From positions 1,544 through 65,543 of the forward strand of contig JAZOQA010000059.1 of the NCBI GenBank assembly GCA_045655765.1: DNA of 64,000 nt. The letters are read 5' to 3'. This document shows, piece by piece, positions 53,098 to 63,429 of the stretch. The notes under the pieces were generated by a model that was not told where the DNA came from, made no database searches, and saw only the letters and a program-made list of their open reading frames with translations. Every line of letters starts with the position of its first letter. Position 1 is the first letter of the stretch. This DNA is from Eubacteriales bacterium (GTDB taxonomy: Bacteria > Bacillota > Clostridia > Oscillospirales > CAG-272). The position numbers and the translations under genes were made by a program.

Positions 53098-54183
53098 ATG
53101 TCTAATCGCATATTTCAAACAATTATTCATCAAATGAGGGACGTTATTGAGCGTACCGTCGGAGTAATTGACGAAAACGGAATAGTAGTTGCTTGCTCTG
53201 AGCACGGAAGAATAGGTGAATCCAAGCAGCGTGTCAGAGAGGAGCTTTCTTACTCCTCTGAGTGCGTGAGGTTTGAGGGATATACTTACAGATTTATAAG
53301 CACAGGAAGCAAGAGTGACAACATTGTCTTCTGCGAGGGTGAGGATGAGTCTGCAAGCAGAGATACTAAAATCCTTGCTATAGCTCTCGGAAACATCAAA
53401 AATCTTTATGATGAAAAGTATGACAAGGGCTCTTTTATTAAAAGCATCATTCTCGACAATATTCTGCCCAGCGATATTTATATCAAATCCAACGAGCTTC
53501 ATTTCAGCAACGACGAAAACAGAGTCGTAATAGTCGTAAAATTTGTAAATTCCACCGGCACTCCCGCCTACGAGATGGTTGAGTCTGTTATGGCCGACCG
53601 TGAGAAGGATTACATAATCAACATCGGCGAGCAGGACGTGGTTATAGTAAAGGAGCTTGATGACATTTCAAGCGAGGACGAGCTTGAAAAGTATGCGGAG
53701 GGTCTTATGGACGCCCTTTTGGCTACTTACGGAGCAAAGGCTTACGTCGGAATTTCCTCGGTGACGGACAACCTGCGCGACCTTGCAAAGTCATATAAGG
53801 AGGCTCGCATTTCTATTGAGGTCGGAAAGATTTTTGATATTGAAAAGCCTATTATGTCCTATCGCAATCTCGGTATAGGAAGACTTGTATATCAGCTGCC
53901 CACCACTCTTTGTGAAATCTTCCTCGGCGAGGTGTTCAATAAAGGCTCGCTCGAGTCGCTTGACCGTGAGACGCTTATGACGGTGCAGAGCTTCTTCGAA
54001 AACAACCTCAACGTTTCCGAAACGTCAAGAAAGCTGTTTGTACATAGAAACACCTTGGTTTACCGTCTTGAAAAAATCAGAAAGCTCACAGGCCTTGACC
54101 TTCGTGAGTTTGATCACGCCGTGACCTTTAAGGTTGCTCTGATGGTCAAGAAGTATCTGACGAGCAAGCCCACCAAGTTCTGA
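53098..54183 (+). CDS. CdaR/PucR-family transcriptional regulator
   Basis: N-terminal diacid-regulator-like domain and C-terminal PucR HTH (ETSRKLFVHRNTLVYRLEKI). Start moved to ATG 53098. Confidence 0.75.
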   Translation: MSNRIFQTIIHQMRDVIERTVGVIDENGIVVACSEHGRIGESKQRVREELSYSSECVRFEGYTYRFISTGSKSDNIVFCEGEDESASRDTKILAIALGNIKNLYDEKYDKGSFIKSIILDNILPSDIYIKSNELHFSNDENRVVIVVKFVNSTGTPAYEMVESVMADREKDYIINIGEQDVVIVKELDDISSEDELEKYAEGLMDALLATYGAKAYVGISSVTDNLRDLAKSYKEARISIEVGKIFDIEKPIMSYRNLGIGRLVYQLPTTLCEIFLGEVFNKGSLESLDRETLMTVQSFFENNLNVSETSRKLFVHRNTLVYRLEKIRKLTGLDLREFDHAVTFKVALMVKKYLTSKPTKF

Positions 54184-54308
54184 TTTTTGACAGCGGGGTG
54201 ACAAAGACGGGAGGAATAATCCTCCGCTCAATATCCTATAATTAACAGAGACTGCCCCATCGAGGCTTACTCGGCGGGGTAGAATATTTTACAAAATTGA
54301 AGGAACAA

Positions 54309-55685
54309 ATGCAAAAAAGAAAAACAAACAGAGTGTCAAGAGCAAGTCTTTTTGCACTTCTTTGTGCTCTGGCACTAACGATTCTTTCCCTTTCCTCCTG
54401 CTTTGAGCCGCAAGAGCCACCCTCAAAGGACGAGCTTTACGCAAACATAGAACAGGCGGATGGGGGCTATGACACCGTTGCACGTTATCTTTACGAGTGG
54501 GAGTTCCCGAGCTTCAACAACAACAAATTTCTCGCCGTCGAGGGCTGTGTTGACAGCTATTATTATGAAGAAATTCCGTCTGCCTACACGCTTGCAAGGG
54601 CAACGGCACAGATGTTTCTTGAGCATTGCTATGACGTAGTGAGCCTCTCCGACAGAGCCGAGGTTACAGACGCTCTGCTATACTGCTATATAGAGTCGCT
54701 CGGCGACCCGTATTCCGAGTACCGTGACGCAAAGCGCTTTGAGGATTTCGAGGGAGACCTTAGCGGCAGCGACACCTTTGTCGGAATAGGTGTGCAAATC
54801 AAGAAGACCGAGGAGGGCTTCCCCTTCGTTTCTTCGGTGCATAATGGTTCCGGCGCAGAGGCGGCGGGCATAGCACACGGAGATATAATCGTGGAGGTAG
54901 CCGACACCCGTGTCACGACCGGTCAGGACAGCAACTATCAGCAGGCGGTCGATATGATTCGAGGCGAGGAGGGCACGACGGTAAAAATTACGGTGCTGCG
55001 AGGCGGCGAGGAGCTGACGCTTGAGCCTGTGCGTGCAACTCTGCCCGAGGTGACGGTGAACTGCCGTATCAAAAACCAAATTGCATATATAGAAATTCTT
55101 TCGTTCAAGACCTCGACGGCAGAAGAGTTTACTGCCGCTGTCGATTATGCAGAGGGGGCGGGAGTAAAAGGCATAGTTTTTGATTTAAGAAACAATCTCG
55201 GTGGCAGGCTTGCCACAGTTACAGAGATGCTCTCGTACCTTGTCGAGGACGCAAGACCGATAGTGTCATATCAGTACAAGGGAGAGGCGAAAACCGTAAT
55301 AAAGTCCACCACAAAAAAGGGGCTTCCCGACCATAAATTAACCCTGCCGTCGGTCGTTTTGATGAACGAATATACGGCATCTGCAGCTGAGATTTTTGCC
55401 GCAGCGCTCAGAGATTACGAAACGCTTGGACTTCTTCGGGTCACCCTCGTTGGAAAGACCACCATAGGTAAGGGTGTAATGCAAAGCTCTTTCCCTATGA
55501 CGGACGGCTCTGCCGTGACGCTGACGGTTGCTTATTATGACCCGCCTGTGGGTGAAAATTATCACGGGGTGGGTGTTGAGCCGGAAAAGGTGGCAGAGTA
55601 CAGCCTTACCTTGATGGGTGGAGACAGCCAGCTGAACGTGGCAACAGAGGAGCTTGAAAAGCTCATTTCACAAGAAAACAATTAA
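54309..55685 (+). CDS. S41 family C-terminal processing peptidase (lipoprotein)
   Basis: PDZ domain (GIGVQIKK...GDIIVEV), catalytic region (TASAAEIFAAALRD, GKG), N-terminal lipobox LSSC. Confidence 0.85.
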   Translation: MQKRKTNRVSRASLFALLCALALTILSLSSCFEPQEPPSKDELYANIEQADGGYDTVARYLYEWEFPSFNNNKFLAVEGCVDSYYYEEIPSAYTLARATAQMFLEHCYDVVSLSDRAEVTDALLYCYIESLGDPYSEYRDAKRFEDFEGDLSGSDTFVGIGVQIKKTEEGFPFVSSVHNGSGAEAAGIAHGDIIVEVADTRVTTGQDSNYQQAVDMIRGEEGTTVKITVLRGGEELTLEPVRATLPEVTVNCRIKNQIAYIEILSFKTSTAEEFTAAVDYAEGAGVKGIVFDLRNNLGGRLATVTEMLSYLVEDARPIVSYQYKGEAKTVIKSTTKKGLPDHKLTLPSVVLMNEYTASAAEIFAAALRDYETLGLLRVTLVGKTTIGKGVMQSSFPMTDGSAVTLTVAYYDPPVGENYHGVGVEPEKVAEYSLTLMGGDSQLNVATEELEKLISQENN

Positions 55686-55719
55686 AAATAAAAATAAATT
55701 TAAACGGAGATACAAGAAA

Positions 55720-56199
55720 ATGCCTGAAATTAAGACCTACACCCCTCAAGGCTTCAAGGCCTTGCAGGACGAGCTTGACTACCTTGTAAACGTAAAGGTA
55801 GAAGAAAACAAAAAGGAGATTTCCACTGCACGTGCGTTCGGCGACCTTTCTGAGAACTCGGAATATGACGAGGCGAAGCAGGAGCAGGCTAAAATACACG
55901 CCAGAATAGACGAGCTGCGTGAGATGATTGCAAACGCAAAGGTCATAGACGAGTCGCAGATTGACGAGTCTAAAATAAGCGTCGGCTCTGTCGTAGAGGT
56001 CGAGTGCGAAAATCTCGGACGCAAGAAATATCATATAGTCGGCTCCTACGAGACCGACCCGAAGAACGGGAAAATTTCCGATGCCTCTCCCATAGGACTT
56101 GCTCTTATAGGAGCCAGAGCGGGAGAGACTGTTGTCGCAAGGACCGCAAAGGGCGAGATGAACGTCAAGGTTCTCAGCGTCACAAGAGCAAAAGAGTAA
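55720..56199 (+). CDS. greA: transcription elongation factor GreA
   Basis: GDLSENSEYDEAK motif. Start moved to ATG 55720 (MPEIKTYT), giving 159 aa. Confidence 0.92.
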   Translation: MPEIKTYTPQGFKALQDELDYLVNVKVEENKKEISTARAFGDLSENSEYDEAKQEQAKIHARIDELREMIANAKVIDESQIDESKISVGSVVEVECENLGRKKYHIVGSYETDPKNGKISDASPIGLALIGARAGETVVARTAKGEMNVKVLSVTRAKE

Positions 56200-56224
56200 G
56201 TATACCCCAAAGGAGGACACTGTA

Positions 56225-57733
56225 ATGGCAGAAAATATGAATGGCACACAGCCGAGCAGCACAAGTGAGCTTCAAGTAAGAAGAGATAAGCTTGCCGCAC
56301 TTGTCCAGGCGGGCAAAAACCCCTTTGAAATAACAAAATATGACGTAACGCACACCTCCGTCGAGGCTGTGAAGCTCTTTGAGGAGCGTGAGGCGGAGCT
56401 TAAAGAGGCCGAGGAAATCAAGGTTTCCATAGCCGGCAGAATGGTCAGCCGCCGCATAATGGGCAAGGCATCGTTCGCACACGTGCTTGACGATGAGGGC
56501 AAAATACAGCTTTACGTAGCAAGAGACAGCCTTGGGGAAGAGGAGTATGCCGCATTCAAGAAATGGGACGTCGGTGACGTTATAGGCGTTGAGGGTTCTC
56601 TTTTCCGTACCCGTACGGGTGAGGTTTCCATACACGCAACAAAGGCAATCCTGCTTGCAAAGGCTCTTTTGCCTCTGCCCGAGAAGTTCCACGGACTTAC
56701 AAACCTTGAGCAAAGATACAGACAGAGGTACGTTGACCTTATTGTAAACCCCGAGGTCAAGGACACGTTCGTGAAGCGTTCTCAAATCCTAAGACTTATC
56801 AGAAGCTATCTTGATTCAAAGGGCTTCCTTGAGGTTGACACGCCCATACTCGTTCCGCTTGAAATCGGTGCGAGCGCACGTCCGTTTGTAACTCATCACA
56901 ACACCCTTGATATGGATATGTACCTGCGTATAGAGACAGAGCTTTATCTCAAGAGGCTAATTGTCGGCGGTATGAACAAGGTTTATGAGGTTGGCCGTAT
57001 TTTCAGAAACGAGGGTATGGATCAAAAGCACAACCCCGAGTTTACATCTATCGAGCTTTACCAGGCATTTACCGATTATTACGGAATGATGGACCTCGTT
57101 GAGGAGCTTTACAAGATGCTTGCAAAGGAGGTTTGCGGCTCGACGAAGATTACTTATCAGGGAATAGAAATTGACCTCGGACACTGGGAGAGACTCACTA
57201 TGGTCGAGGCTGTAAAGAAGTATGCAGGGGTCGATTACTATGATTGGAAGAGTGATGAGGACGCACGTGCCGCAGCAGCTGAAAAGCACGTTGAAGTGCC
57301 CGAAAATGCAACACGGGGTACGGTCTTGGTCGAATTCTTCGACGCTTACGTAGAGGACAAGCTCATTCAGCCCACGTTTATTTACGACTATCCCGTAGAG
57401 AACAGCCCCTTGGCAAAGCGTAAGCCCTCCGACCCTAGGTTTACCGAAAGATTTGAGTATTTCATAAACTGTACGGAGTACGGCAACGCATTCTCCGAGC
57501 TTAACGACCCCATCGACCAGCGTGAACGCTTTGAGCGTCAGGTCGAGGCAAAGAGAAAGGAAGAGCCGAATTGCAACGCAGAGGTTGATTACGACTACAT
57601 CACCGCACTTGAATACGGTCTTCCCCCCACAGGCGGACTTGGCTTCGGTGTTGACAGACTCGTAATGCTCTTAACCGACTCTGCTTCGATTAGAGACGTT
57701 TTGCTTTTCCCCACAATGAAGCCCGAAGCTTAA
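56225..57733 (+). CDS. lysS: lysine-tRNA ligase (class II)
   Basis: 502 aa with OB-fold and class II motifs (FRNEG, GGLGFGVDRL). The greA-lysS order is conserved. Confidence 0.96.
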   Translation: MAENMNGTQPSSTSELQVRRDKLAALVQAGKNPFEITKYDVTHTSVEAVKLFEEREAELKEAEEIKVSIAGRMVSRRIMGKASFAHVLDDEGKIQLYVARDSLGEEEYAAFKKWDVGDVIGVEGSLFRTRTGEVSIHATKAILLAKALLPLPEKFHGLTNLEQRYRQRYVDLIVNPEVKDTFVKRSQILRLIRSYLDSKGFLEVDTPILVPLEIGASARPFVTHHNTLDMDMYLRIETELYLKRLIVGGMNKVYEVGRIFRNEGMDQKHNPEFTSIELYQAFTDYYGMMDLVEELYKMLAKEVCGSTKITYQGIEIDLGHWERLTMVEAVKKYAGVDYYDWKSDEDARAAAAEKHVEVPENATRGTVLVEFFDAYVEDKLIQPTFIYDYPVENSPLAKRKPSDPRFTERFEYFINCTEYGNAFSELNDPIDQRERFERQVEAKRKEEPNCNAEVDYDYITALEYGLPPTGGLGFGVDRLVMLLTDSASIRDVLLFPTMKPEA

Positions 57734-57976
57734 TAAATTTTCTACACCAACGAAGCAAGCCTCCGTCGCCGCACATTCGCATTTTATCGCCTCGATACGC
57801 TTGGCTCTGCCTACTCTTTGCTTGGGGCGTTTTTCTGAAGCAAGACCGTCGTTTATAAGGTTTTTGTTTTGCTACTCACGCACCTATTCATATACCGTCG
57901 CAACAATGCCGTTTTTTGAAATTTTCGCCTTGTTGCCGCACGCTCGCCAAAAATAGTCAAGTATGCGAAAATACTC

Positions 57977-58005
57977 TTGACTTTTCAATAAATATTGAGT
58001 ATAAT
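57977..58005 (+). promoter_or_regulatory. sigma-A-type promoter of the TM2-domain gene
   Basis: TTGACT, 17 nt, TATAAT. Confidence 0.7.
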
Positions 58006-58095
58006 ATATTTGATGTAGTTTTGAGCATTTATTCTTGTGAATCAATGCAAAAGACACGCTTTGGTGCGGAATTTAAGATTTTAAGGAGAAAAAAT

Positions 58096-58644
58096 ATGAG
58101 GTCTGATATAGTATCCGAGGCAATTTCCAAGTATGGAAGCTGTATTGAAAAGAATTCGTTTGTATCGTTTACGCAGGCATTGAGAGCTGCACCGGACAGC
58201 TGTGCCGAGAGGCTTATGAAGATGCATCCGAAGAGCAAGCTTTTGACGTTCTTGCTTTCTCTTGTAGGAGGAGTGTTAGCTCTTGACAGATTTTATATCG
58301 GAGAAAGACGCTCGGCTATCTCAAAGCTGATTATGAACGTCGTAAGCATTGTTCTTTTTGCGATTCCATTTGTCATATACGGAGCAACGGGAACGATGGG
58401 CATTTGGGGCTTCTTTCTTTACATAGGAGCAATATTAGGATCTGTTTCTGCAATTTTCTACCTTGGAGACGTCTTCACTCTTCGTAAAAAGGTTAAGGAA
58501 GTCAACTATAAGCTTCTTGCAGGCTTCCTTCACGATGCGGCAACCCAAGAAAAGGACGCAATAGCCGCAAAGGCGAAAGAGGAATTAGAGGCAGCAAAGG
58601 CGGAAGCAATAGAGTCTGTAGCAGAAGCTCCTGCAGAAGCATAA
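58096..58644 (+). CDS. TM2 domain-containing membrane protein
   Basis: Start at ATG 58096 behind AAGGAGAA. GGVLALDRFYIG is the TM2 signature. A/E-rich C-terminal tail. Confidence 0.6.
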   Translation: MRSDIVSEAISKYGSCIEKNSFVSFTQALRAAPDSCAERLMKMHPKSKLLTFLLSLVGGVLALDRFYIGERRSAISKLIMNVVSIVLFAIPFVIYGATGTMGIWGFFLYIGAILGSVSAIFYLGDVFTLRKKVKEVNYKLLAGFLHDAATQEKDAIAAKAKEELEAAKAEAIESVAEAPAEA

Positions 58645-58973
58645 AGCTTAAAATATAACAATAAAAAGAACCGTCGAAAAGCCCTCGGGTGACAAAAAAG
58701 CGTCGCTTCGCAAAGAAAAGGGTTAAAAAGAGGAGCATTCTAAAGGACAACTTCAAAAGTTTAATAGAATACGCTACCTACCGACAAGAAAAGGGCAGAG
58801 ATTTTACGTTCTCTGTCCTCTTTTCTCTTCTTTGGCACTTCTTTTGTATAAACAAATGCTTTTTTGCCTATGTGTGACAAGGTTAGCCTTGAAAAGAGAT
58901 TATGATAAGAAAAACTTGTTACCCACGGCTGTTTCGGCACAACATAATAAATTTGGCGTTACCCAACTATAAC

Positions 58974-59001
58974 GGTACCCTGTCCACGTGGACAGGGTAC
59001 C
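58974..59001. repeat. perfect 28-bp palindrome, possibly a terminator
   Basis: GGTACCCTGTCCAC|GTGGACAGGGTACC followed by AAATCGTTTTTT. Confidence 0.8.
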
Positions 59002-59064
59002 AAATCGTTTTTTAGTTTAATTGTAAACTTTCGGTCAAGTTTTGTAAAGACGGACGCTTAGCTC

Positions 59065-59099
59065 TTGCAAAATTATACATTTTGTGATAAAATGTATAA
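59065..59099 (+). promoter_or_regulatory. promoter with overlapping palindromic operator
   Basis: TTGCAA (59065-59070), 17 nt, TAAAAT (59088-59093). Perfect inverted repeat TTATACATTTT-gtgat-AAAATGTATAA (59073-59099) covers the spacer and -10. Confidence 0.65.
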
Positions 59100-59150
59100 A
59101 AAAGCAAAAAAAGAGGGATAAAAATCACCTCGTTTTCCCTGGGAGGAAAA

Positions 59151-59882
59151 ATGGAAGATAAAAACGAAAATAAACCGTGTGAAAAAATCGACGGAGAAGT
59201 GAAAATCTCCGTACCCGTGTCGAAAAAACTCGAAAATTTTTGGTATCACTACAAGTGGCACACAATAGCCATAGTCTTCGTCATTCTTGTTGCGGTGGTG
59301 CTTACTTTTTCATTTTGCAGCCGTGAGGAATACGACGTGCACATCCTTTATGCGGGTGACAAGGCGATTTCTACGAGCAAATCAAATCCCGAGCGTCAGC
59401 AGTTTTTGAGTGCGTTTGGCTCGGTGTCCAAGGATTATGATGAAAACGGAAGCACGAACGTCGCATTCAAGCACCTTTACGCTCCTGATGAGGAAGAAAT
59501 AGATAGGATAGAGCAAGAGGGCGGTGAGATTCCGGATCGCTTGATTTACGAGGATTCTAAGATGTTAAGTACGCTCCTTGCACAGAGCGAATACTATCTT
59601 TTGTTTTTAGACAAGGCGGTTTTTGATACCTGCTCAAAATCGGGCTTTATCTCCGACGTAACTCCGTATCTTGAGGGCTTCGGCGGCGAGATTGTCAGAG
59701 GTGAGAACGGTGCGACGGGCATTTTTCTTGCCGACACCGGGTTTTATGAGCTTGAGGGAATAAAGCTGTTGCCGAGCGACACCGTGGTCTGCGTAAAGCT
59801 GGCAAACGCTTGGGCAAACGACTCAGATATTGAGCTTCGAAATCGGGCGATAGAGGTATTTAAAAAAATCGCTGCAAGCTGA
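59151..59882 (+). CDS. hypothetical membrane-anchored protein
   Basis: 243 aa with one N-terminal TM helix (WHTIAIVFVILVAVVLTFSF). RBS GGGAGGAAAAATG. No family recognised. Confidence 0.45.
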   Translation: MEDKNENKPCEKIDGEVKISVPVSKKLENFWYHYKWHTIAIVFVILVAVVLTFSFCSREEYDVHILYAGDKAISTSKSNPERQQFLSAFGSVSKDYDENGSTNVAFKHLYAPDEEEIDRIEQEGGEIPDRLIYEDSKMLSTLLAQSEYYLLFLDKAVFDTCSKSGFISDVTPYLEGFGGEIVRGENGATGIFLADTGFYELEGIKLLPSDTVVCVKLANAWANDSDIELRNRAIEVFKKIAAS

Positions 59883-60152
59883 TTGTCATACTCACTCACA
59901 AAGTACACCGTATCTGCATATAATACTAACGGAGATAGGGGGCGAGCTCATTTAATCATTCTCCCTCTTTTTTCAGAAAACGGATAAGCGGAGTGAAATA
60001 TGAAAATAGTCGTTGTTCGCTCGCCAAAGGCTATAAGGCGTATTTTGGCGAAAATATTTGGCGTAAGCCTTAATAAAAAAACATAAAAGCAAGCCGACAC
60101 CAAGGGACAGGTAATTGCACCCCGGGTGTCGGTTTTTTGTTTGTTTTTGTAC

Positions 60153-61322
60153 TTAAAGGCCTTTGAGGGTTTCCATAACGTAGTTGCCGAACTCCTCGCA
60201 GGTTGAACCGTCCGCTCTGCCCGTAATCTTTAGCTTACGCTCCTCGAAGGAGCAAATGTCAAGAGCACGCTCAAGCTTGTCTGCCAGATCCTGATATCCG
60301 ATGTGAGAGAGGAGCATTACGCACGCACGGAGCATAGAAGAGGGGTCTGCGTAGACCTCACGCCCCTCGTTTACCATTCTCGGTGCTGAGCCGTGAATAG
60401 CCTCGAACATTGCGTACCTCTTTCCGATGTTGGCACAGCCCGCCGTTCCGACACCGCCCTGAAATTCAGCCGCCTCGTCGGAGATGATGTCGCCGTAGAG
60501 GTTGGGGAGCAGAAGAACCTTGAAGTCACGCCGACGCTTTTTGTCTATGAGCTTTGCCGTCATTATGTCTGCGTACCACTCGTCCGTTGTGATTTCGGGG
60601 TAGTCTTTCGCAACCCTGTGACAGTCCTCAAGGAAGTTGCCGTCTGTGGTCTTTATTACGTTCGCCTTTGTGACAAGGGAAACTCTGTCGAGTTTATTCT
60701 TTCTTGCGTAGTCGTATGCGAGCCTTGCAATTCTCTCGGAGCCCTGCTTTGTCGTGACTGTAAAGTCTACGGCAAGGTCGTCTGTGACGTTGAAGCCCGA
60801 TGAGCCGACGGCGTATCCACCCTCTGTGTTCTCACGGAAAATAGTCCAATTTATACCCTCCTCGGACACCTTTATGGGGCGGATGTTTGCAAACAGGTCA
60901 AGAGCCTTTCTCATTGCGACGTTTGCGGACTCAATGTTGGGCATACCCGAGCCCTTTTGGGGTGTGGTGGTCGGCCCCTTGAGGATAATATCACACGCTT
61001 TAAGCTTCGCCATTACGTCGTCGGGAATTGCCTTGAGTGCGGCAATTCTGTTTTCAAGAGTTAAGCCGTCGATGGTTACAAACGATATTCTTCCACTCTT
61101 TACAAGGTCGTCGAGCAGGAATCTTAAAACTCTCTCGGCCTCTTTTGTGATTGTCGGACCTATCCCGTCGCCGCCGCATACGCCTATTTTGATTGTATCG
61201 AGCTTTTCATAGTCCGTAAAGTCACCTTGCGACTTCATATTTTCTACACGGGTCAGCTGTTCTTCAAGAATTTTACGAAATTTCGCAAGAGCGATATCGA
61301 GATTCTGTTCGTAGTTATTCAT
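60153..61322 (-). CDS. icd: isocitrate dehydrogenase (isocitrate/isopropylmalate dehydrogenase family)
   Basis: 389 aa with beta-decarboxylating dehydrogenase motifs (NLYGDIISDEAA, GGVG, FEAIHGSAP). Adjacent to aconitase. Confidence 0.78.
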   Translation of the reverse strand: MNNYEQNLDIALAKFRKILEEQLTRVENMKSQGDFTDYEKLDTIKIGVCGGDGIGPTITKEAERVLRFLLDDLVKSGRISFVTIDGLTLENRIAALKAIPDDVMAKLKACDIILKGPTTTPQKGSGMPNIESANVAMRKALDLFANIRPIKVSEEGINWTIFRENTEGGYAVGSSGFNVTDDLAVDFTVTTKQGSERIARLAYDYARKNKLDRVSLVTKANVIKTTDGNFLEDCHRVAKDYPEITTDEWYADIMTAKLIDKKRRRDFKVLLLPNLYGDIISDEAAEFQGGVGTAGCANIGKRYAMFEAIHGSAPRMVNEGREVYADPSSMLRACVMLLSHIGYQDLADKLERALDICSFEERKLKITGRADGSTCEEFGNYVMETLKGL

Positions 61323-61327
61323 AGATT

Positions 61328-61347
61328 TTGTAAACTTTCCTTTACAT
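61328..61347. repeat. 20-bp palindromic box (aconitase/icd junction)
   Basis: TTGTAAACTTTCCTTTACAT. The centre provides the icd Shine-Dalgarno (GGAAAG on the minus strand). Confidence 0.7.
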
Positions 61348-61393
61348 TTTATTCTGTTTTAGATTTAGGCTACAGGTGTTTTCTTACACAAAA

Positions 61394-63328
61394 TCATTTG
61401 CTATGGTTTTTCGTATAATTAAGAAGCCCGCCTGAAAGGAGTATTGCACGCTGTCTTTCTGTGAGGGTGAGCTTTAAGGAGATTCTTGCGCCTGTGGTCC
61501 TCGAGATGAGAAGCACACGGTCATTTTCGGCTACTGCTTGGGCGAGGCCCTCAATGAATATATCCTCGCCCTCGGCTATCCTGTCGTAATCCTCTTCCTT
61601 TTCAAGTGTCAAGGGCACAATTCCAAAGTTTATAAGATTTGCTACGTGAATTCTTGCAAAGCTCTTTGCTATTACCGCCTTAATTCCAAGATAGAGCGGA
61701 ACAAGTGCAGCGTGCTCACGGGACGAGCCTTGACCGTAGTTTTGTCCGCCGAGAATAACTCCGCCGCCCTCTTTTTTTGCTCTTTCGGGGAACCTTTCAT
61801 CACAAACCGTGAAGCAGAATTCCGAGAGCTTTGGAACATTTGAGCGGAATGGAAGAATTTTTGAGCCTGCGGGCATTATGTGGTCTGTGGTGATGTTGTC
61901 CCCTACCTTTAAAATTATTTTGCACGAAAGATTCTCCTCGGGCGGCACGCCTTTCGGAATGGACTTAATATTGGGTCCTCGCTCGACCGCAACACAAGCT
62001 GCTTCCTCGGGAGATGCGGGCAAGTCTATCATATTGTCGTTGATGTCAAAAGCTGTCGGAATTTCAACACGGGGTGCCACTCCGAGGCTCTCAGGGTTGG
62101 TAAAAGCACCCGTCAGAGCCGAAGCCGCTGCAGTTTGGCAAGACACGAGATAAACCTCTGCGTCCTTTGTGCCGGAGCGGGCAAGGAAGTTGCGGTTAAA
62201 GGTGCGAAGGCTGACACCCTTTGACTTAGGGGAAAACCCCATACCGATGCACGGTCCGCAAGCACATTCCAGAATTCTTGCACCTGCAGAAATAAGATCG
62301 GCAAGAGCACCGCACTTTGCAAGCATAGAGTAAACCTGCTTTGAGCCTGGGGAAATTGACAAAGAAACGTCGGGGTGGACGGTTTTTCCCTTCAAAATAG
62401 CCGCAACCGTCAGCATATCAAATATCGACGAGTTGGTGCAGGAGCCTATGCAAACCTGGTCGATTTTCTTTCCCTCAAGCTCGCTTACGGGCTTTATGTT
62501 GTCGGGGCTGTGGGGACACGCTGCAAGGGGTCTTAGAGAGGACAGGTTTATAGTATATTCCTCGTCGTAAAAGGCATCGCTGTCCGCCTCGAGCGGTGTG
62601 TAGTCTTTCTCACGTCCCTGTGCCTTTAAAAATGCTCTGGTTGCTTCGTCCGAGGGGAAAATGGAGCTTGTCGCACCAAGCTCTGCACCCATATTCGTAA
62701 TGGTCGCTCTTTGGGGAACGGAAAGAGCTTTCACTCCCTCGCCCGAGTATTCGACAACGGCACCGACACCGCCCTTAACTCCGAGTAGTCGGAGAACCTC
62801 AAGGATAATGTCCTTTGCTCCGACAAAGTCCCGAAGTGCACCCGTGAGGGTGATTTTTATGATTCTCGGCATAGTGACGTAATAAGCACCTCCGCCCATT
62901 GCCACCGCAACGTCAAGACCGCCGGCACCAAAAGCAAGCATTCCCATACCGCCCGCTGTGGGGGTGTGGCTATCCGAGCCGATGAGAGTTTTGCCGGGAA
63001 TTGCGAAGCGTTCAAGATGCACCTGGTGGCATATTCCGTTTCCCGGGCGGGAGAATAGAATTCCGTGCTTCCTTGCAACCGTCTGAATATAGCGGTGGTC
63101 ATCAGCATTTTCAAAGCCCGTTTGCAGGGTGTTGTGGTCTATATATGCGACCGAAAGCTCTGTTTTTACCCGCTCTGTACCCATTGCCTCAAATTGCAGA
63201 TAAGCCATAGTGCCCGTAGCATCCTGTGTAAGAGTTTGGTCAATGCGGATTGCTATTTCCTCGCCTGATGTCATAGTGCCGAGGAGGAGGTGGTTTTTTA
63301 TAATTTTTTGTGCCAAGGTATAACCCAT
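61394..63328 (-). CDS. acn: aconitate hydratase (about 640-aa type)
   Basis: Fe-S ligand regions (GSDSHT, CIGSCTN, CGPCIG) and swivel domain. Confidence 0.88.
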   Translation of the reverse strand: MGYTLAQKIIKNHLLLGTMTSGEEIAIRIDQTLTQDATGTMAYLQFEAMGTERVKTELSVAYIDHNTLQTGFENADDHRYIQTVARKHGILFSRPGNGICHQVHLERFAIPGKTLIGSDSHTPTAGGMGMLAFGAGGLDVAVAMGGGAYYVTMPRIIKITLTGALRDFVGAKDIILEVLRLLGVKGGVGAVVEYSGEGVKALSVPQRATITNMGAELGATSSIFPSDEATRAFLKAQGREKDYTPLEADSDAFYDEEYTINLSSLRPLAACPHSPDNIKPVSELEGKKIDQVCIGSCTNSSIFDMLTVAAILKGKTVHPDVSLSISPGSKQVYSMLAKCGALADLISAGARILECACGPCIGMGFSPKSKGVSLRTFNRNFLARSGTKDAEVYLVSCQTAAASALTGAFTNPESLGVAPRVEIPTAFDINDNMIDLPASPEEAACVAVERGPNIKSIPKGVPPEENLSCKIILKVGDNITTDHIMPAGSKILPFRSNVPKLSEFCFTVCDERFPERAKKEGGGVILGGQNYGQGSSREHAALVPLYLGIKAVIAKSFARIHVANLINFGIVPLTLEKEEDYDRIAEGEDIFIEGLAQAVAENDRVLLISRTTGARISLKLTLTERQRAILLSGGLLNYTKNHSK

Positions 63329-63429
63329 GTTAATTTTTACCCTCTATTTTTTCTTTTTTTGTAAGCCTTCACTCAAGTGCAGCTTTTTCTAAACGTAAGC
63401 TTTACCGTTACCTCGGGAGCTGTTGTCTG

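Noticed and set aside
58689-58877. 62-aa ORF with a very basic N-terminus (MTKKRRFAKKRVKKRS...).
   Set aside because: It has a GTG start without an RBS, spans a terminator-like hairpin (about 58790-58825), and has a hydrophobic nonsense-like tail. It is probably not expressed.
58981-58994. TGTCCACGTGGACA in the 28-bp palindrome considered as a fifth parS.
   Set aside because: It shares only the CACGTG core. The arm sequence and length differ from TGTTNCACGTGAAACA.
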